Virus record (IMG/VR): IMGVR_UViG_2928768511_000002
Location: 11,660-75,659 of that record
Strand: one strand, 5' to 3'
DNA from: a virus
Lineage: Duplodnaviria; Caudoviricetes
Length of the DNA stretch: 64,000 bases
In this document: in pieces, positions 44,472-54,460 of the stretch
Numbering within the stretch: position 1 is the first letter of the stretch
Layout: each line of letters opens with the position of its first letter
Translations under genes and position numbers: made by a program
The notes under the pieces: model-generated
The model's input: the letters and a program-made list of their open reading frames with translations, nothing else
Database searches by the model: none
Told to the model about the DNA's origin: nothing

Positions 44472-44521
44472 GCCCCTAGACTGCCGGTTTGCACACCCCG
44501 CAGTCTAGGGGCTCTTTTTTT
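44472..44521 (+). terminator. Strong terminator ending the late operon
   Basis: 13-bp perfect stem GCCCCTAGACTGC/GCAGTCTAGGGGC then TCTTTTTTT. Confidence 0.85.
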
Positions 44522-44564
44522 ATGCCTTCTGGGAACCCCAAAGCGAACGCAAAAAGACCTGCAA

Positions 44565-44594
44565 TTTGCACGAATGCAAATAATGTGCTAGGGA
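44565..44594 (+). promoter_or_regulatory. Promoter with palindrome overlapping the -35
   Basis: TTTGCACGAATGCAAA 44565-44580; TTGCAC-17bp-TAGGGA. Confidence 0.6.
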
Positions 44595-44630
44595 AAATGC
44601 GAACACAATCCACCTATCCACAGAGGTTCA

Positions 44631-46598
44631 ATGCCCACGCCGCCCGTGCCGAACGACGAACGCGCCCGCAGAAAAGCCGTCGTCGAGGACCTGCTCAAGC
44701 TGGGTTACCACCCGCAGGGACAGAGAGGGGGCCTGGCCTCCGCCACCAAGACCGCGGAGCGCCGTGAAGGCATCAACTACCCCCGCTGGGTGCGGGACGA
44801 AGAAGCCCAACGCGACAAGGGCAAGCCGCACTATGCGGTAGACTGGTCGCTCTATATCCCGCCTGCGCCCGCCGCCACCGTCACCCGCGGCGCTGAAGAA
44901 GCAGGCGAAGAACTGTCCGCCGAAGACCACGCGCACAAGCGCGCCGTGGTTCTCTCGACGGAGGTTACCAATCTCATCACCTCATCGAACTACCCGGTCA
45001 TCAACCCGGATGCCATCCTAATCGACTCCTACCTCGTCCGCCGCTACGATCGGTCGGTCGGTGGTTACGTCATCAAGGAGGGCACCCCGCGGACGTGGAT
45101 GACCGACACCCTGCGTGTCGCCCCGATCACGAATCCGCGGAACCAGAATTTCATCTTCACGGGCGCGCAAAACGATGCGCCGATCCACGAGGAGTTCTGG
45201 GCCAACCTACTGGCCTATGCCGACTTCCTGAACGCCAAGATCGTCGTCGGTCCCTGGACCTACGAGACGCAGTGGTGGGCGGAGAACAACCCAACGGCGC
45301 GCGCGTACGCGACCGAGCTGTCGCCTTATCTGTGCTTCGGCCAGATGAAGATCGGCGACAACTTCGTGTTCTGCGGGGAAATGAACACGCTGCCGACAGC
45401 CTCGCAGCCGATCTCGGACTTGGTCACCTACAGCCGTGGCCGCTGGGCCGTGTTCCCGCACGCCAAGCGCCAGCTGAAGTCCGTGCCGTCCACCGACCCG
45501 AACGTCCAGGCCCACCAGGTCATGACGTCGGGCGCTGTCACGCGCCCCAAGGTCATCCCGCGCAAGGCCGGCGTGAAGTCGATCTTCCACCAGGTGGTTG
45601 GCGCCACCGTGGTGCAGTTCGACGACGAGGGCGACGTCTTCTGCCGGCAGATCTCGGCCAGCGACGACGGCTCCTTCTATGATCTCGACGCCCGTGTGGC
45701 GAACGGGGAGGTGACGACGAGCCACCGGGTCCGCGCGATCACCTTCGCCGACATCCATGTCCGAAAGCTCGATCCCGCCAACACCATGGCGACGTTCGGC
45801 TGGGACATGCGCGGCAACGTGGCGAAGTACCGTAACTCGGTCGTGGACGTGCTCAATCCGGAGCACATGATCTACCACGACATCTTCGACAACGAACCGG
45901 GCAACCATCACCACGTTGGTGACAATGCCTACAGCTACGAGATGGCCATCCGCGGGCGCGACAGCCTCGAGTGCGAGGTCTTGCAGTGTGGCGACTTCCT
46001 GCTGCGCACCCTTGGCGAGGACCGCCTGGGCATCGTGGCAGAGGGCAATCATGACCTGGCGCTGGAGAAGTACGCGCGCGAGGGCAGGTACCGGAACCAC
46101 GGCATCAACGTCCGCTTCGGCCTCCAGCTGGAGGATGCGTACCTCGGCCACGTCGAGGCGCGCTCGCACGCGATCGACAATGATCTGCCGGTGCCGCGCT
46201 TCTCGCTGCTCGAATACGCGATCCGCCAGAAGTACCCGCAGCTCGGGGACAAGATCGAGTGGTGCCACGACGGTTACTCGCGGCTCATCGACGGCATCGA
46301 GGTCGGCAACCACGGCTTCCGCGGCGCGAACGGCGCCAAGGGGACCGTGAACGGTTTCGCCAAGATGGGGCGCAAGATGACCATCGGCGACAAGCATTCC
46401 CCGGAGATCAACGAGGGCGTCTACGTGTCGGGAGCGATGAACCTGCGCCACGGCTACAACAAGGGTCCGAGCGGCTGGGCCGTCTCGCACGTCATCCAGT
46501 ATGCGGATGGTAAGCGGGCGCTGATCACGCTCCAGAAGGGCAAATGGCGACCAGAGAAGCCGGTGATCCGGATGCCGGCGCCGTCCCTTGCTGCCTAG
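44631..46598 (+). CDS. Calcineurin-like metallophosphoesterase-domain protein (655 aa)
   Basis: ADIH, HDIFD...HH, EGNHD, NHG, GDKHS motifs. Confidence 0.7.
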   Translation: MPTPPVPNDERARRKAVVEDLLKLGYHPQGQRGGLASATKTAERREGINYPRWVRDEEAQRDKGKPHYAVDWSLYIPPAPAATVTRGAEEAGEELSAEDHAHKRAVVLSTEVTNLITSSNYPVINPDAILIDSYLVRRYDRSVGGYVIKEGTPRTWMTDTLRVAPITNPRNQNFIFTGAQNDAPIHEEFWANLLAYADFLNAKIVVGPWTYETQWWAENNPTARAYATELSPYLCFGQMKIGDNFVFCGEMNTLPTASQPISDLVTYSRGRWAVFPHAKRQLKSVPSTDPNVQAHQVMTSGAVTRPKVIPRKAGVKSIFHQVVGATVVQFDDEGDVFCRQISASDDGSFYDLDARVANGEVTTSHRVRAITFADIHVRKLDPANTMATFGWDMRGNVAKYRNSVVDVLNPEHMIYHDIFDNEPGNHHHVGDNAYSYEMAIRGRDSLECEVLQCGDFLLRTLGEDRLGIVAEGNHDLALEKYAREGRYRNHGINVRFGLQLEDAYLGHVEARSHAIDNDLPVPRFSLLEYAIRQKYPQLGDKIEWCHDGYSRLIDGIEVGNHGFRGANGAKGTVNGFAKMGRKMTIGDKHSPEINEGVYVSGAMNLRHGYNKGPSGWAVSHVIQYADGKRALITLQKGKWRPEKPVIRMPAPSLAA

Positions 46599-46601
46599 TC
46601 G

Positions 46602-46617
46602 TTTGCATGAATTCAAG
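46602..46617. promoter_or_regulatory. Palindrome variant TTTGCATGAATTCAAG
   Basis: Intergenic, before the dNMP kinase gene. Confidence 0.55.
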
Positions 46618-46635
46618 TTTGAAAGGAGAGAGCAA

Positions 46636-47304
46636 ATGAACTTGGTGATCGGTCTGTCGGGGTTTGCTCAGTCGGGTAAGACGACTGCGGCCCTGTACCT
46701 GGAGCAGAAGTACGGCGTGCGCCGTAAGCACATCGCAGAACCGCTGCGGGCGATGCTGGCGGTGCTTCTGAAAGCGAACGGCATGTCGGCCGACATGATC
46801 ACTCGCTACCTGGAGGGCGATCTCAAGGAGTGCATGATCCCCGAGCTGGGCGTCACCTCCCGCTACGCGCAGATCACGCTGGGCACCGAGTGGGGTCGCG
46901 AGCTGATCAATTCCGATCTGTGGGCTGACACCTGGGCTGCCGGCGTCGCGGATGGCGAGTCCGTGATGAACGACTCCGTCCGCTTCCCGAACGAGGAGAA
47001 GGCGATCCAGCAGCTCGGCGGCTTCACCATCTTGATCAAGCGCCCGGGAACCAAGCCGGCGAAGTTCTCATGGGGCTGGATCGGCGAGAAGCTCTACGAC
47101 TGGTTCGGCGTGCTCTGGGGTGCTCACGACAGCGAGCGCACCGACCTGCTCAAGCCGGACTACATCATCCACAACGACTCGAGCGTCGAGCAGCTCTATC
47201 TCGACATCGACACAGCCGTGAGACACTGGCAGGAGTACGGTCGCTCCTCGGGCACCACGCAGGTGCAGTTCGGTCTGGTAACGATGGCGCTGAGCCGGGT
47301 CTGA
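46636..47304 (+). CDS. Deoxynucleoside monophosphate kinase
   Basis: IGLSGFAQSGKTT, LGTEWGR, DSVRFPNE, AHDSE, IIHND. Confidence 0.9.
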   Translation: MNLVIGLSGFAQSGKTTAALYLEQKYGVRRKHIAEPLRAMLAVLLKANGMSADMITRYLEGDLKECMIPELGVTSRYAQITLGTEWGRELINSDLWADTWAAGVADGESVMNDSVRFPNEEKAIQQLGGFTILIKRPGTKPAKFSWGWIGEKLYDWFGVLWGAHDSERTDLLKPDYIIHNDSSVEQLYLDIDTAVRHWQEYGRSSGTTQVQFGLVTMALSRV

Positions 47305-47576
47305 TGGAGCAGTCCCGCGTTATGTCGCTGGTTGAGGTGGCGACGTCGAGCCTGATCGGGTTCGGCGTCTCCATCTGGGCCAATTACGCCGTGCTGCCGC
47401 TGTTCGGGTTCAAGGTGAAGCTCGCTGAGAGCTTCGCCATCACCCTGATCTTCATGGTGATCTCGATCATCCGCAGCTACCTGGTCCGCCGGTTCTTCGC
47501 CGTCCACCTCAAGCGCTTCGCTGCGTGGTGCCAGGAGCTGTACGGTGGCTTCGTAAATTTGAGACGGCTGTCGTAA
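47304..47576 (+). CDS. Small phage membrane protein
   Basis: QSRVMSLVE...LPLFG...SIIRSYLVRRFF family pattern. Confidence 0.7.
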   Translation: MEQSRVMSLVEVATSSLIGFGVSIWANYAVLPLFGFKVKLAESFAITLIFMVISIIRSYLVRRFFAVHLKRFAAWCQELYGGFVNLRRLS

Positions 47577-47624
47577 GCGGTAACGTCGCGCATTTCGCCG
47601 AAAGTGATTTTCGGACGTTTTCGG

Positions 47625-48392
47625 CTATGGCTGCATTGACGCTGGCTCATGACGGGTTCCGGGCATCTCATCAAAAGTACGTCCCCGGTACTCGCGCCCG
47701 GTCTTGTCCTTGCGAACACCGCCCCATTGCTTAAAGAAGAACGCCGTCTCAGATCGACGGCACGCGGCCTCGATTTCGTGAACCCACTCCTCAAGCATTG
47801 GGCGGGATCGGGGTCCGCTCTCACCCCCTACAATAGCCCAATCGATACCCCTCAAGTTCGGGGCACCCATCGGCCCCAACAACGGCTCGAAGGAGATGAA
47901 ACGAACCGCCGCGCTCACCCGGCGCAACTCGTCGATGCGTGAAAGATAGGCCGCGTTCTCGACGCTAGTGCCTAGCCAAACATTCCGCAGTACCGGAAGG
48001 GACCGAGTGAGTTGCGCCATTCGATCCGGACGCTTCGTCAGGATTTGATACGTGTGCCACGGCGTTGAGCCCATCACGGCCCACACTTCTGCGACGAATT
48101 TCGCGGGTACAGCTTCGTGGAACAGGTCCGACATCGAATTAACAAAGATGCGTCGCGGCTTGCGCCACCTCTGGGGTACCCTAAGAGCACCTCGGTCCAG
48201 TCGTATCTTGCCGGTCCACACCGCCCGACGGCCGCTCTTGCGCGTCAGCCCACGGTATTTCTCCATTCCCATCGCTTCGAGCCGTGCCGCCATCCGCATG
48301 GCGTAGCAGTTGGTGCACCCCGGGGACAGGATCGTGCAGCCCGCCACAGGGTTCCAGGTCGCGTCCGTCCATTCGATTGAAGTGTCGGCCAT
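47625..48392 (-). CDS. DUF5131 (phage Gp37/Gp68) three-Cys radical-SAM-like protein
   Basis: IEWTDATWNPVAGC..SPGCTNCYA, IFVNSMSDLFH, LTKRP, WLGTSVE, SFEPLLG, VGGESG, FFFKQWGG. Confidence 0.92.
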   Translation of the reverse strand: MADTSIEWTDATWNPVAGCTILSPGCTNCYAMRMAARLEAMGMEKYRGLTRKSGRRAVWTGKIRLDRGALRVPQRWRKPRRIFVNSMSDLFHEAVPAKFVAEVWAVMGSTPWHTYQILTKRPDRMAQLTRSLPVLRNVWLGTSVENAAYLSRIDELRRVSAAVRFISFEPLLGPMGAPNLRGIDWAIVGGESGPRSRPMLEEWVHEIEAACRRSETAFFFKQWGGVRKDKTGREYRGRTFDEMPGTRHEPASMQP

Positions 48393-48402
48393 GAAGCTTT
48401 TC

Positions 48403-49242
48403 CTATCCGAACAACGACCTTTGACCTGTCAGGTTCTGCACGTCATTCCACAATTTGTGCCCATGCGGGTTGGAGCTAAGGAATACCAACCAATAAAGTC
48501 GCTGGTTCTGCTGTCCGACCACTAGCGGAATGCCCGTAGCTGGCTTTGAGCCGAGCGATCGGATCAGGCCCAACCAATATTCAATCAGGGCCGCACGCAA
48601 TGGCGCAATGGCTTGCCGAACGTTGATCGCATCTCGCCATCCCGGCGCGAAGTTGTTGAGGGTCGGATCGCCGATGCTGCTGTAATCATCGAGATTACGC
48701 TGTAGGTCAAATAGACTCACATGGATAATCATGTCCATGCGCCGAAACTTAAGCATCTTCTCGATTATCGAAAACGGTAGCTGACCTAGTGAAAAAGGGT
48801 CGAGAAACGCCAAATGCAAACCGTGCGGGTTGAGAGCGCCAAGGGCGCGGTCAACTATCTTGTCCGCGGGACCGTGGTAATTCTGCGCGACGCCCCCGAG
48901 CGCTTTAATGCGCTGCGCGACCGCATCACTGTTCACTTGCTCCAAATCCGAGAGGTGCAGATCGGTGAAAGGCATAGCGCTGGACTTAGCTGCTTTATAA
49001 GCTACCAACGCGCTACCATCGATAATCCGATTGCTACCGTCAATCAGCGAACGACCAGCACCAGAGTACAGTTCTATATAGCTTGCCGTTGCCCAACCTT
49101 TGGGAGGAACATATTTCGCCCGGGTCGGTCCAGCTGCGTCGATGTATTTTCGAAGTCGTTCATGCTTCTCCGTAGCCCACGGACCGACTTCACCGACGAT
49201 CAACCCATCGTCTGGATCAACTTTCACTGATTTCTTTGCCAA
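48403..49242 (-). CDS. tcmP: Three-Cys-motif partner protein (methyltransferase-like)
   Basis: VGPWATEKHERLRKYI, YIELYSGAG, AFLDPF; adjacent to DUF5131. Confidence 0.85.
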   Translation of the reverse strand: MAKKSVKVDPDDGLIVGEVGPWATEKHERLRKYIDAAGPTRAKYVPPKGWATASYIELYSGAGRSLIDGSNRIIDGSALVAYKAAKSSAMPFTDLHLSDLEQVNSDAVAQRIKALGGVAQNYHGPADKIVDRALGALNPHGLHLAFLDPFSLGQLPFSIIEKMLKFRRMDMIIHVSLFDLQRNLDDYSSIGDPTLNNFAPGWRDAINVRQAIAPLRAALIEYWLGLIRSLGSKPATGIPLVVGQQNQRLYWLVFLSSNPHGHKLWNDVQNLTGQRSLFG

Positions 49243-49616
49243 AGCCCCCTCCCACCCGCTGGTATGTTATAGCACCCAATTTGGGAGTGCTACCGCCAGT
49301 TGAGAAGAAATCAGAATTCGTTAACGACGGGCGAGGGTTCGCCTCACCTGTTATCTGTGCCCGTCGGGATGCGCCCAGGTAGCGCGGCTCTCGATCGGCC
49401 GTAGCGGCGCGTGCCGGCCTTTCTTGCACGACCGGTATTTCGTGCGGCCATTCGACTTTCGGGGGGTAAAGGTCGCTTGTCGCGGGAAAAAAGGTTAGAC
49501 TAATCCGGTTGATATGTGCGACTCGTCAACAATCGTGGACCGGTCAAGAGCCCGGCCGCCATCGCCCCGACTAGGGAAATCGAAGTTGAGGCGCGAAACT
49601 TGAGGGCAGGAAAGAT

Positions 49617-52397
49617 ATGAACCCGGTCGAAATCGAAGAAGCGATTTCGGCTCTCGCAGAGCAGCCATTCGACCCCCTCGAGTTTCCATTCGCTTTCCTC
49701 CAAGCGTTCGGGAACAAGGATACAACGATCAAGCGGCTGCGCTCGGGTGCGTCTAACAAGTCCGATTTGGGCGGCGTCCTGCAAACGAACAATATCCACA
49801 TCGCCGTCTGTCCGCCGGGCGAGGCTACCAAGATGCTTGCCGCGCTGAAGGCCAGCCCGGCGACGACCAGGGCGAAGGCGCGATACATCCTCGCGACCGA
49901 CGGTGCGGACTTCGAGGCCGAGGACCTGGAATCGGACGATTCGCCGATTGCTTGTGCCTATCGAGACTTCCCTGATCACTTTGGTTTCTTCCTGCCACTC
50001 GCCGGTATCACCACCGTCAAGCAGGTGCGAGAAAGCTCCTTCGACATCCGGGCCACCAGCCGCCTGAACCGGCTCTACGTCGAGCTTCTCAAGGACAACC
50101 CCGAATGGGGCACGGCCGAGCGCCGCCCCGACATGAATCATTTCATGGCGCGGCTGATCTTCTGCTTTTTCGCCGAGGATACCGACATCTTCGGCGGCAC
50201 GCGCCGGTTCACCGCCACCGTCGAGCAGATGAGCGCCAAGGACTCGTCCAACACCCATGAGGTGATCGGTACTCTGTTTCGAGCCATGAACACAAAGAGG
50301 GAGGATCGCGCAGCGGCGAACATCCCCCGTTGGGCCGACCAGTTCCCCTATGTAAACGGCGGTCTCTTTTCGGGAAGCATGGATGTACCGCGCTTCAGCA
50401 GGATCGCGCGGTCCTACCTGCTGCACATCGGCAATCTCGACTGGACGAAGATCAACCCCGACATCTTCGGCTCGATGATACAGGCCGTTGCCGATGACGA
50501 AGAGCGCGGCGCGCTCGGCATGCATTACACCAGTGTGCCAAACATCTTGAAGGTGCTCAATCCGCTGTTTCTCGACGACCTGCGGGCGCGGCTTGAGGAA
50601 GCGGGCGACAATCCCCGCACATTGCTCAACCTCCGCAAGCGCATGTCGAAGATCAGGGTGTTCGATCCGGCTTGCGGCTCGGGCAACTTTCTTGTCATTG
50701 CTTACAAGGAGATGCGCGAGATCGAGGCCGAGATCAACCGGCGGCGCGGTGAGGCGGTCCGACGCTCGGAAATCCCGCTCACAAACTTTCGCGGCATCGA
50801 GCTGCGCGATTTCCCAGCAGAGGTCGCGCGTCTCGCCCTCATCATCGCGGAGTTTCAATGTGACGTGCTTTATCGCGGACAGAAGGAGGCGCTCGCCGAG
50901 TTTCTGCCGCTTGATGCGCAGAACTGGATCACCTGCGGCAACGCGCTGCGGCTAGATTGGCTCAGCATCTGTCCACCAACCGGTACAGGCGTGAAGCATC
51001 ACGCAGAAGACCTCTTTCACACCCCGCTCGATCAAGCGCAGATCGACTTTGAGAATGAGGGCGGAGAGACCTACATCTGCGGGAATCCACCATACTTGGG
51101 AAGCACTTGGCAAAGTGCTGAGCAGAAGGCTGACATTCGAACCCTTCTCCGGGGCCGAACATCGTCCAGTGGTTTCCTCGATTACGTAGCTGGCTGGTTC
51201 ATTAAGGCGGCTGACTATGGGACGAGAACGGATTCCGTAGCAGCGTTTGTGTCCACCAATTCCATCTGCCAGGGTCAATCCGTATCGATCCTGTGGCCTG
51301 TGCTGTTCGAGACGGGCTGCGATATCCGGTTCGCATATACCTCATTCAAATGGTCGAACTTGGCCAGCAACAAGGCGGGGGTTACTGTCGTCATAGTAGG
51401 GATCGGTTCACCCACAAGTGCGCCGCGCCGTCTCTATGAGCATGATGAACAGAATGGCGTTCTCATTCGCGAAGGAGCGTCGATCACGCCCTATCTGACG
51501 CTTGGACCTCGCATCATAGTTGAGAAGCGAGACGAACCAATCGGCCCCCTAAGCGTGATGGAGTTCGGAAATAAGCCTAGTGATGGCGGTCATCTGCTCT
51601 TACGTCCCGAAGAACTCGCCTCGCTTGGCCTGGATGATGGACAGCGTCGCAAATTCATCAGGCGAATATACGGCTCGGACGACTTCATCAACGGTGGTTG
51701 GCGGCTTTGCATTTGGATCGAGGATAATGATCTCAAGGAAGCTCAGTCTATTGAATCGCTCAAAGCGCGCATAGAAGCGGTTCGGCGTGTAAGGCTGGCG
51801 AGCCGAGATAAGGGGGCCAACGCCCTCGCAAAGCGAGCACACCAGCTTAAGTTGATGCGTATCGGGACGCGAAGCACGATTGTCGTACCTGGCGTTTCAT
51901 CTGAGCGAAGGCCCTACTTGACAGCAGGTCTCGTCGATGACCACACGACGCTGACCAACCTCGCATTTGGCCTGTATGACGCGCCACTGTGGAACATGGC
52001 GGTGGTCGCCTCACGGCTGCACCTCGTCTGGATCGCGACTGTCTGCGGCAAACTGGAAACGCGATACCGTTATTCCAACACCCTTGGCTGGAATACATTT
52101 CCAGTCCCGACGCTGACCGAGAAGAACAAGGCGGATCTTACCCGTTGCGCCGAGGACATCCTGCTGGCGCGTGAGGCGCATTTCCCGGCGACAATTGCTG
52201 ATCTCTACGATCCCGACAAGATGCCCTCTGATCTGCGCGAGGCGCACGAGCGCAACGACGAGGTGCTTGAACGTATCTATATCGGCCGGCGGTTCCGCAA
52301 CGACACCGAGCGGCTGGAAAAGCTCTTCGAGCTTTACACCAAAATGACCGCAGGACAGGGAACGACCAAAAAACGAAAGGCGGGGGCAAGCGCATGA
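49617..52397 (+). CDS. YeeA/MmeI-like N6-adenine DNA methyltransferase
   Basis: FDPACGSGNFL (motif I), GNPPY (motif IV), HYTS, C-terminal TRD-like region. Confidence 0.92.
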   Translation: MNPVEIEEAISALAEQPFDPLEFPFAFLQAFGNKDTTIKRLRSGASNKSDLGGVLQTNNIHIAVCPPGEATKMLAALKASPATTRAKARYILATDGADFEAEDLESDDSPIACAYRDFPDHFGFFLPLAGITTVKQVRESSFDIRATSRLNRLYVELLKDNPEWGTAERRPDMNHFMARLIFCFFAEDTDIFGGTRRFTATVEQMSAKDSSNTHEVIGTLFRAMNTKREDRAAANIPRWADQFPYVNGGLFSGSMDVPRFSRIARSYLLHIGNLDWTKINPDIFGSMIQAVADDEERGALGMHYTSVPNILKVLNPLFLDDLRARLEEAGDNPRTLLNLRKRMSKIRVFDPACGSGNFLVIAYKEMREIEAEINRRRGEAVRRSEIPLTNFRGIELRDFPAEVARLALIIAEFQCDVLYRGQKEALAEFLPLDAQNWITCGNALRLDWLSICPPTGTGVKHHAEDLFHTPLDQAQIDFENEGGETYICGNPPYLGSTWQSAEQKADIRTLLRGRTSSSGFLDYVAGWFIKAADYGTRTDSVAAFVSTNSICQGQSVSILWPVLFETGCDIRFAYTSFKWSNLASNKAGVTVVIVGIGSPTSAPRRLYEHDEQNGVLIREGASITPYLTLGPRIIVEKRDEPIGPLSVMEFGNKPSDGGHLLLRPEELASLGLDDGQRRKFIRRIYGSDDFINGGWRLCIWIEDNDLKEAQSIESLKARIEAVRRVRLASRDKGANALAKRAHQLKLMRIGTRSTIVVPGVSSERRPYLTAGLVDDHTTLTNLAFGLYDAPLWNMAVVASRLHLVWIATVCGKLETRYRYSNTLGWNTFPVPTLTEKNKADLTRCAEDILLAREAHFPATIADLYDPDKMPSDLREAHERNDEVLERIYIGRRFRNDTERLEKLFELYTKMTAGQGTTKKRKAGASA

Positions 52398-54460
52398 CGG
52401 ACGAAAAGAAATCAGTCCCTTCTGTTTCAGTCTCCTATGCCCGCAACGGTAGCTCGACCAAGGCCAATGCGCTTGGCATGCGGCCAATGCAGGAACGCGC
52501 CTATGAGCGGCGCGGTGAGCAATACCTGCTCATCAAGTCACCGCCCGCATCAGGCAAGAGCCGGGCGCTGATGTTCATCGCCCTCGACAAGCTCCATAAT
52601 CAGGGACTCAAGCAGGCGATCATCGTCGTGCCCGAGAAATCTATCGGCGCGAGCTTCCACGACGAGCCGCTGTCCAAGTTCGGCTTTTGGGCCGACTGGA
52701 CCGTTGCGCCCAACTGGAATCTCTGCGACGCGCCCGGAAACGACAATGGCGGTAAGGTCAATTCTGTCGGCGCCTTCCTTGATGGCGACGACAAGGTGCT
52801 AGTCTGCACCCACGCTACTTTCCGCTTCGCGGTGGACAAGTTCGGCGTCGAGGCGTTCGACGACCGGCTGATCGCCGTCGACGAATTTCACCACGTTTCT
52901 GCGAATCCGGACAACAAGCTCGGTCTTCATCTCGGCGAGTTCATCGCCCGCGACAAGGTTCACATCGTCGCGATGACCGGCTCTTATTTCAGGGGCGATG
53001 CCGAGGCCGTGCTGGCCCCGCGCGATGAAGCGAAGTTCGATACCGTCACTTACACGTATTATGAGCAGCTCAACGGCTACGAATACCTCAAGCGGCTCGA
53101 CATTGGCTACTTCTTTTATTCGGGCTCCTATGCCGATGATATCCTGAACGTGCTCGATCCGGCCGAGAAAACGATCATCCATATCCCGAGCGTCAACTCC
53201 CGTGAAAGCACGAAGGACAAGATCAAGGAGGTCGAGCACATCATCGAAGAGTTGGGCGCATGGCAGGGGCCTGACCCTGCGACTGGCTTCCAGCTGGTCA
53301 AGACACCGGCCGGCCGCGTGCTAAAAATCGCCGATCTGGTCGACGACGATTCCGCGAAGCGTGACCGCGTTTCTGCCGCGCTAAAAGACCCAGCGCAGAA
53401 GAACAACCGCGACCATGTAGATATCATCATCGCTCTTGGCATGGCGAAGGAAGGCTTCGACTGGATTTGGTGCGAGCACGCGCTGACGGTGGGCTACCGA
53501 TCGAGCCTCACCGAGATCGTGCAGATCATTGGCCGCGCGACCCGGGACGCTCCGGGCAAGACTCGCGCGCGCTTCTCCAACCTGATTGCCCAGCCGGACG
53601 CCGCCGACGAGGCCGTCAGCGAGGCGGTGAACGATACCTTGAAGGCGATAGCGGCGAGCCTGCTCATGGAGCAGGTACTTGCCCCTCGCTTCGAGTTCAA
53701 GCCGAAGAACCCCACGAGCGGCCCGGTGGAAGGGTTCGACTATGGGGACGGGGGCTACGACCCCAACAAATGCAATGTCGGCTTCAACGGAGACACGGGG
53801 CAATTCCAGATCGAGATCAAAGGTCTGACCGAACCAAAGAGCAAGGAAGCGGCTCGCATCTGCCAGGAAGATCTGAACGAGGTCATTGCCGCCTTCGTTC
53901 AGGACAAGACCGCTATCGAGCGCGGCCTATTCGACGAGGAGCTGGTGCCGGAGGACCTGACCGTTGTTCGGATGGGCAAGATCATCAAGGACAAATATCC
54001 AGAACTCGACGAGGAAGATCAGGAGGCGGTGCGCCAGCATGCCATCGCCGCCCTCAACCTGACGCAGCAGGCCAAAAAGATTGCGCTAGAGGGAGGGGCA
54101 GGCGGCGACCCCGAACAAAGCGCCAACACGGCCCTTATTGACGGCGTGCGGAGGTTTGCGATGGACGTCCGCGAACTCGACATCGACCTTATCGACCGGA
54201 TCAATCCGTTCGGCGAGGCTTACGCTATCCTCGCCAAGACGATGAGCGAGGACAGCTTGAAACAGGTGCAGGCGGCGATTTCCGCCAAGCGCACGAGCCT
54301 GACGCCTGGCGAAGCGAAGGAGCTCGCTCTGCGAGCCTTCAAATTCAAAAAGGAGCGGGGGCGGCTCCCCTCGATTAGTTCGACAGATGCCTGGGAAAAG
54401 CGGATGGCCGAAGGCGCTGCCGCCTTTGTTCGTTTCAAGGACGAGGGCCGCTATGACTGA
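52394..54460 (+). CDS. YeeB-like SF2 helicase/ATPase
   Basis: PPASGKS, DEFHH, MTGS, KEGFD, QIIGRATR. Confidence 0.9.
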   Translation: MTDEKKSVPSVSVSYARNGSSTKANALGMRPMQERAYERRGEQYLLIKSPPASGKSRALMFIALDKLHNQGLKQAIIVVPEKSIGASFHDEPLSKFGFWADWTVAPNWNLCDAPGNDNGGKVNSVGAFLDGDDKVLVCTHATFRFAVDKFGVEAFDDRLIAVDEFHHVSANPDNKLGLHLGEFIARDKVHIVAMTGSYFRGDAEAVLAPRDEAKFDTVTYTYYEQLNGYEYLKRLDIGYFFYSGSYADDILNVLDPAEKTIIHIPSVNSRESTKDKIKEVEHIIEELGAWQGPDPATGFQLVKTPAGRVLKIADLVDDDSAKRDRVSAALKDPAQKNNRDHVDIIIALGMAKEGFDWIWCEHALTVGYRSSLTEIVQIIGRATRDAPGKTRARFSNLIAQPDAADEAVSEAVNDTLKAIAASLLMEQVLAPRFEFKPKNPTSGPVEGFDYGDGGYDPNKCNVGFNGDTGQFQIEIKGLTEPKSKEAARICQEDLNEVIAAFVQDKTAIERGLFDEELVPEDLTVVRMGKIIKDKYPELDEEDQEAVRQHAIAALNLTQQAKKIALEGGAGGDPEQSANTALIDGVRRFAMDVRELDIDLIDRINPFGEAYAILAKTMSEDSLKQVQAAISAKRTSLTPGEAKELALRAFKFKKERGRLPSISSTDAWEKRMAEGAAAFVRFKDEGRYD

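Noticed and set aside
31964-46616. Long antisense ORFs (e.g. 31964-33037, 34131-35678, 36893-39004, 41831-43525, 45207-46616)
   Set aside because: Shadows of GC3-biased sense genes; no recognisable motifs.
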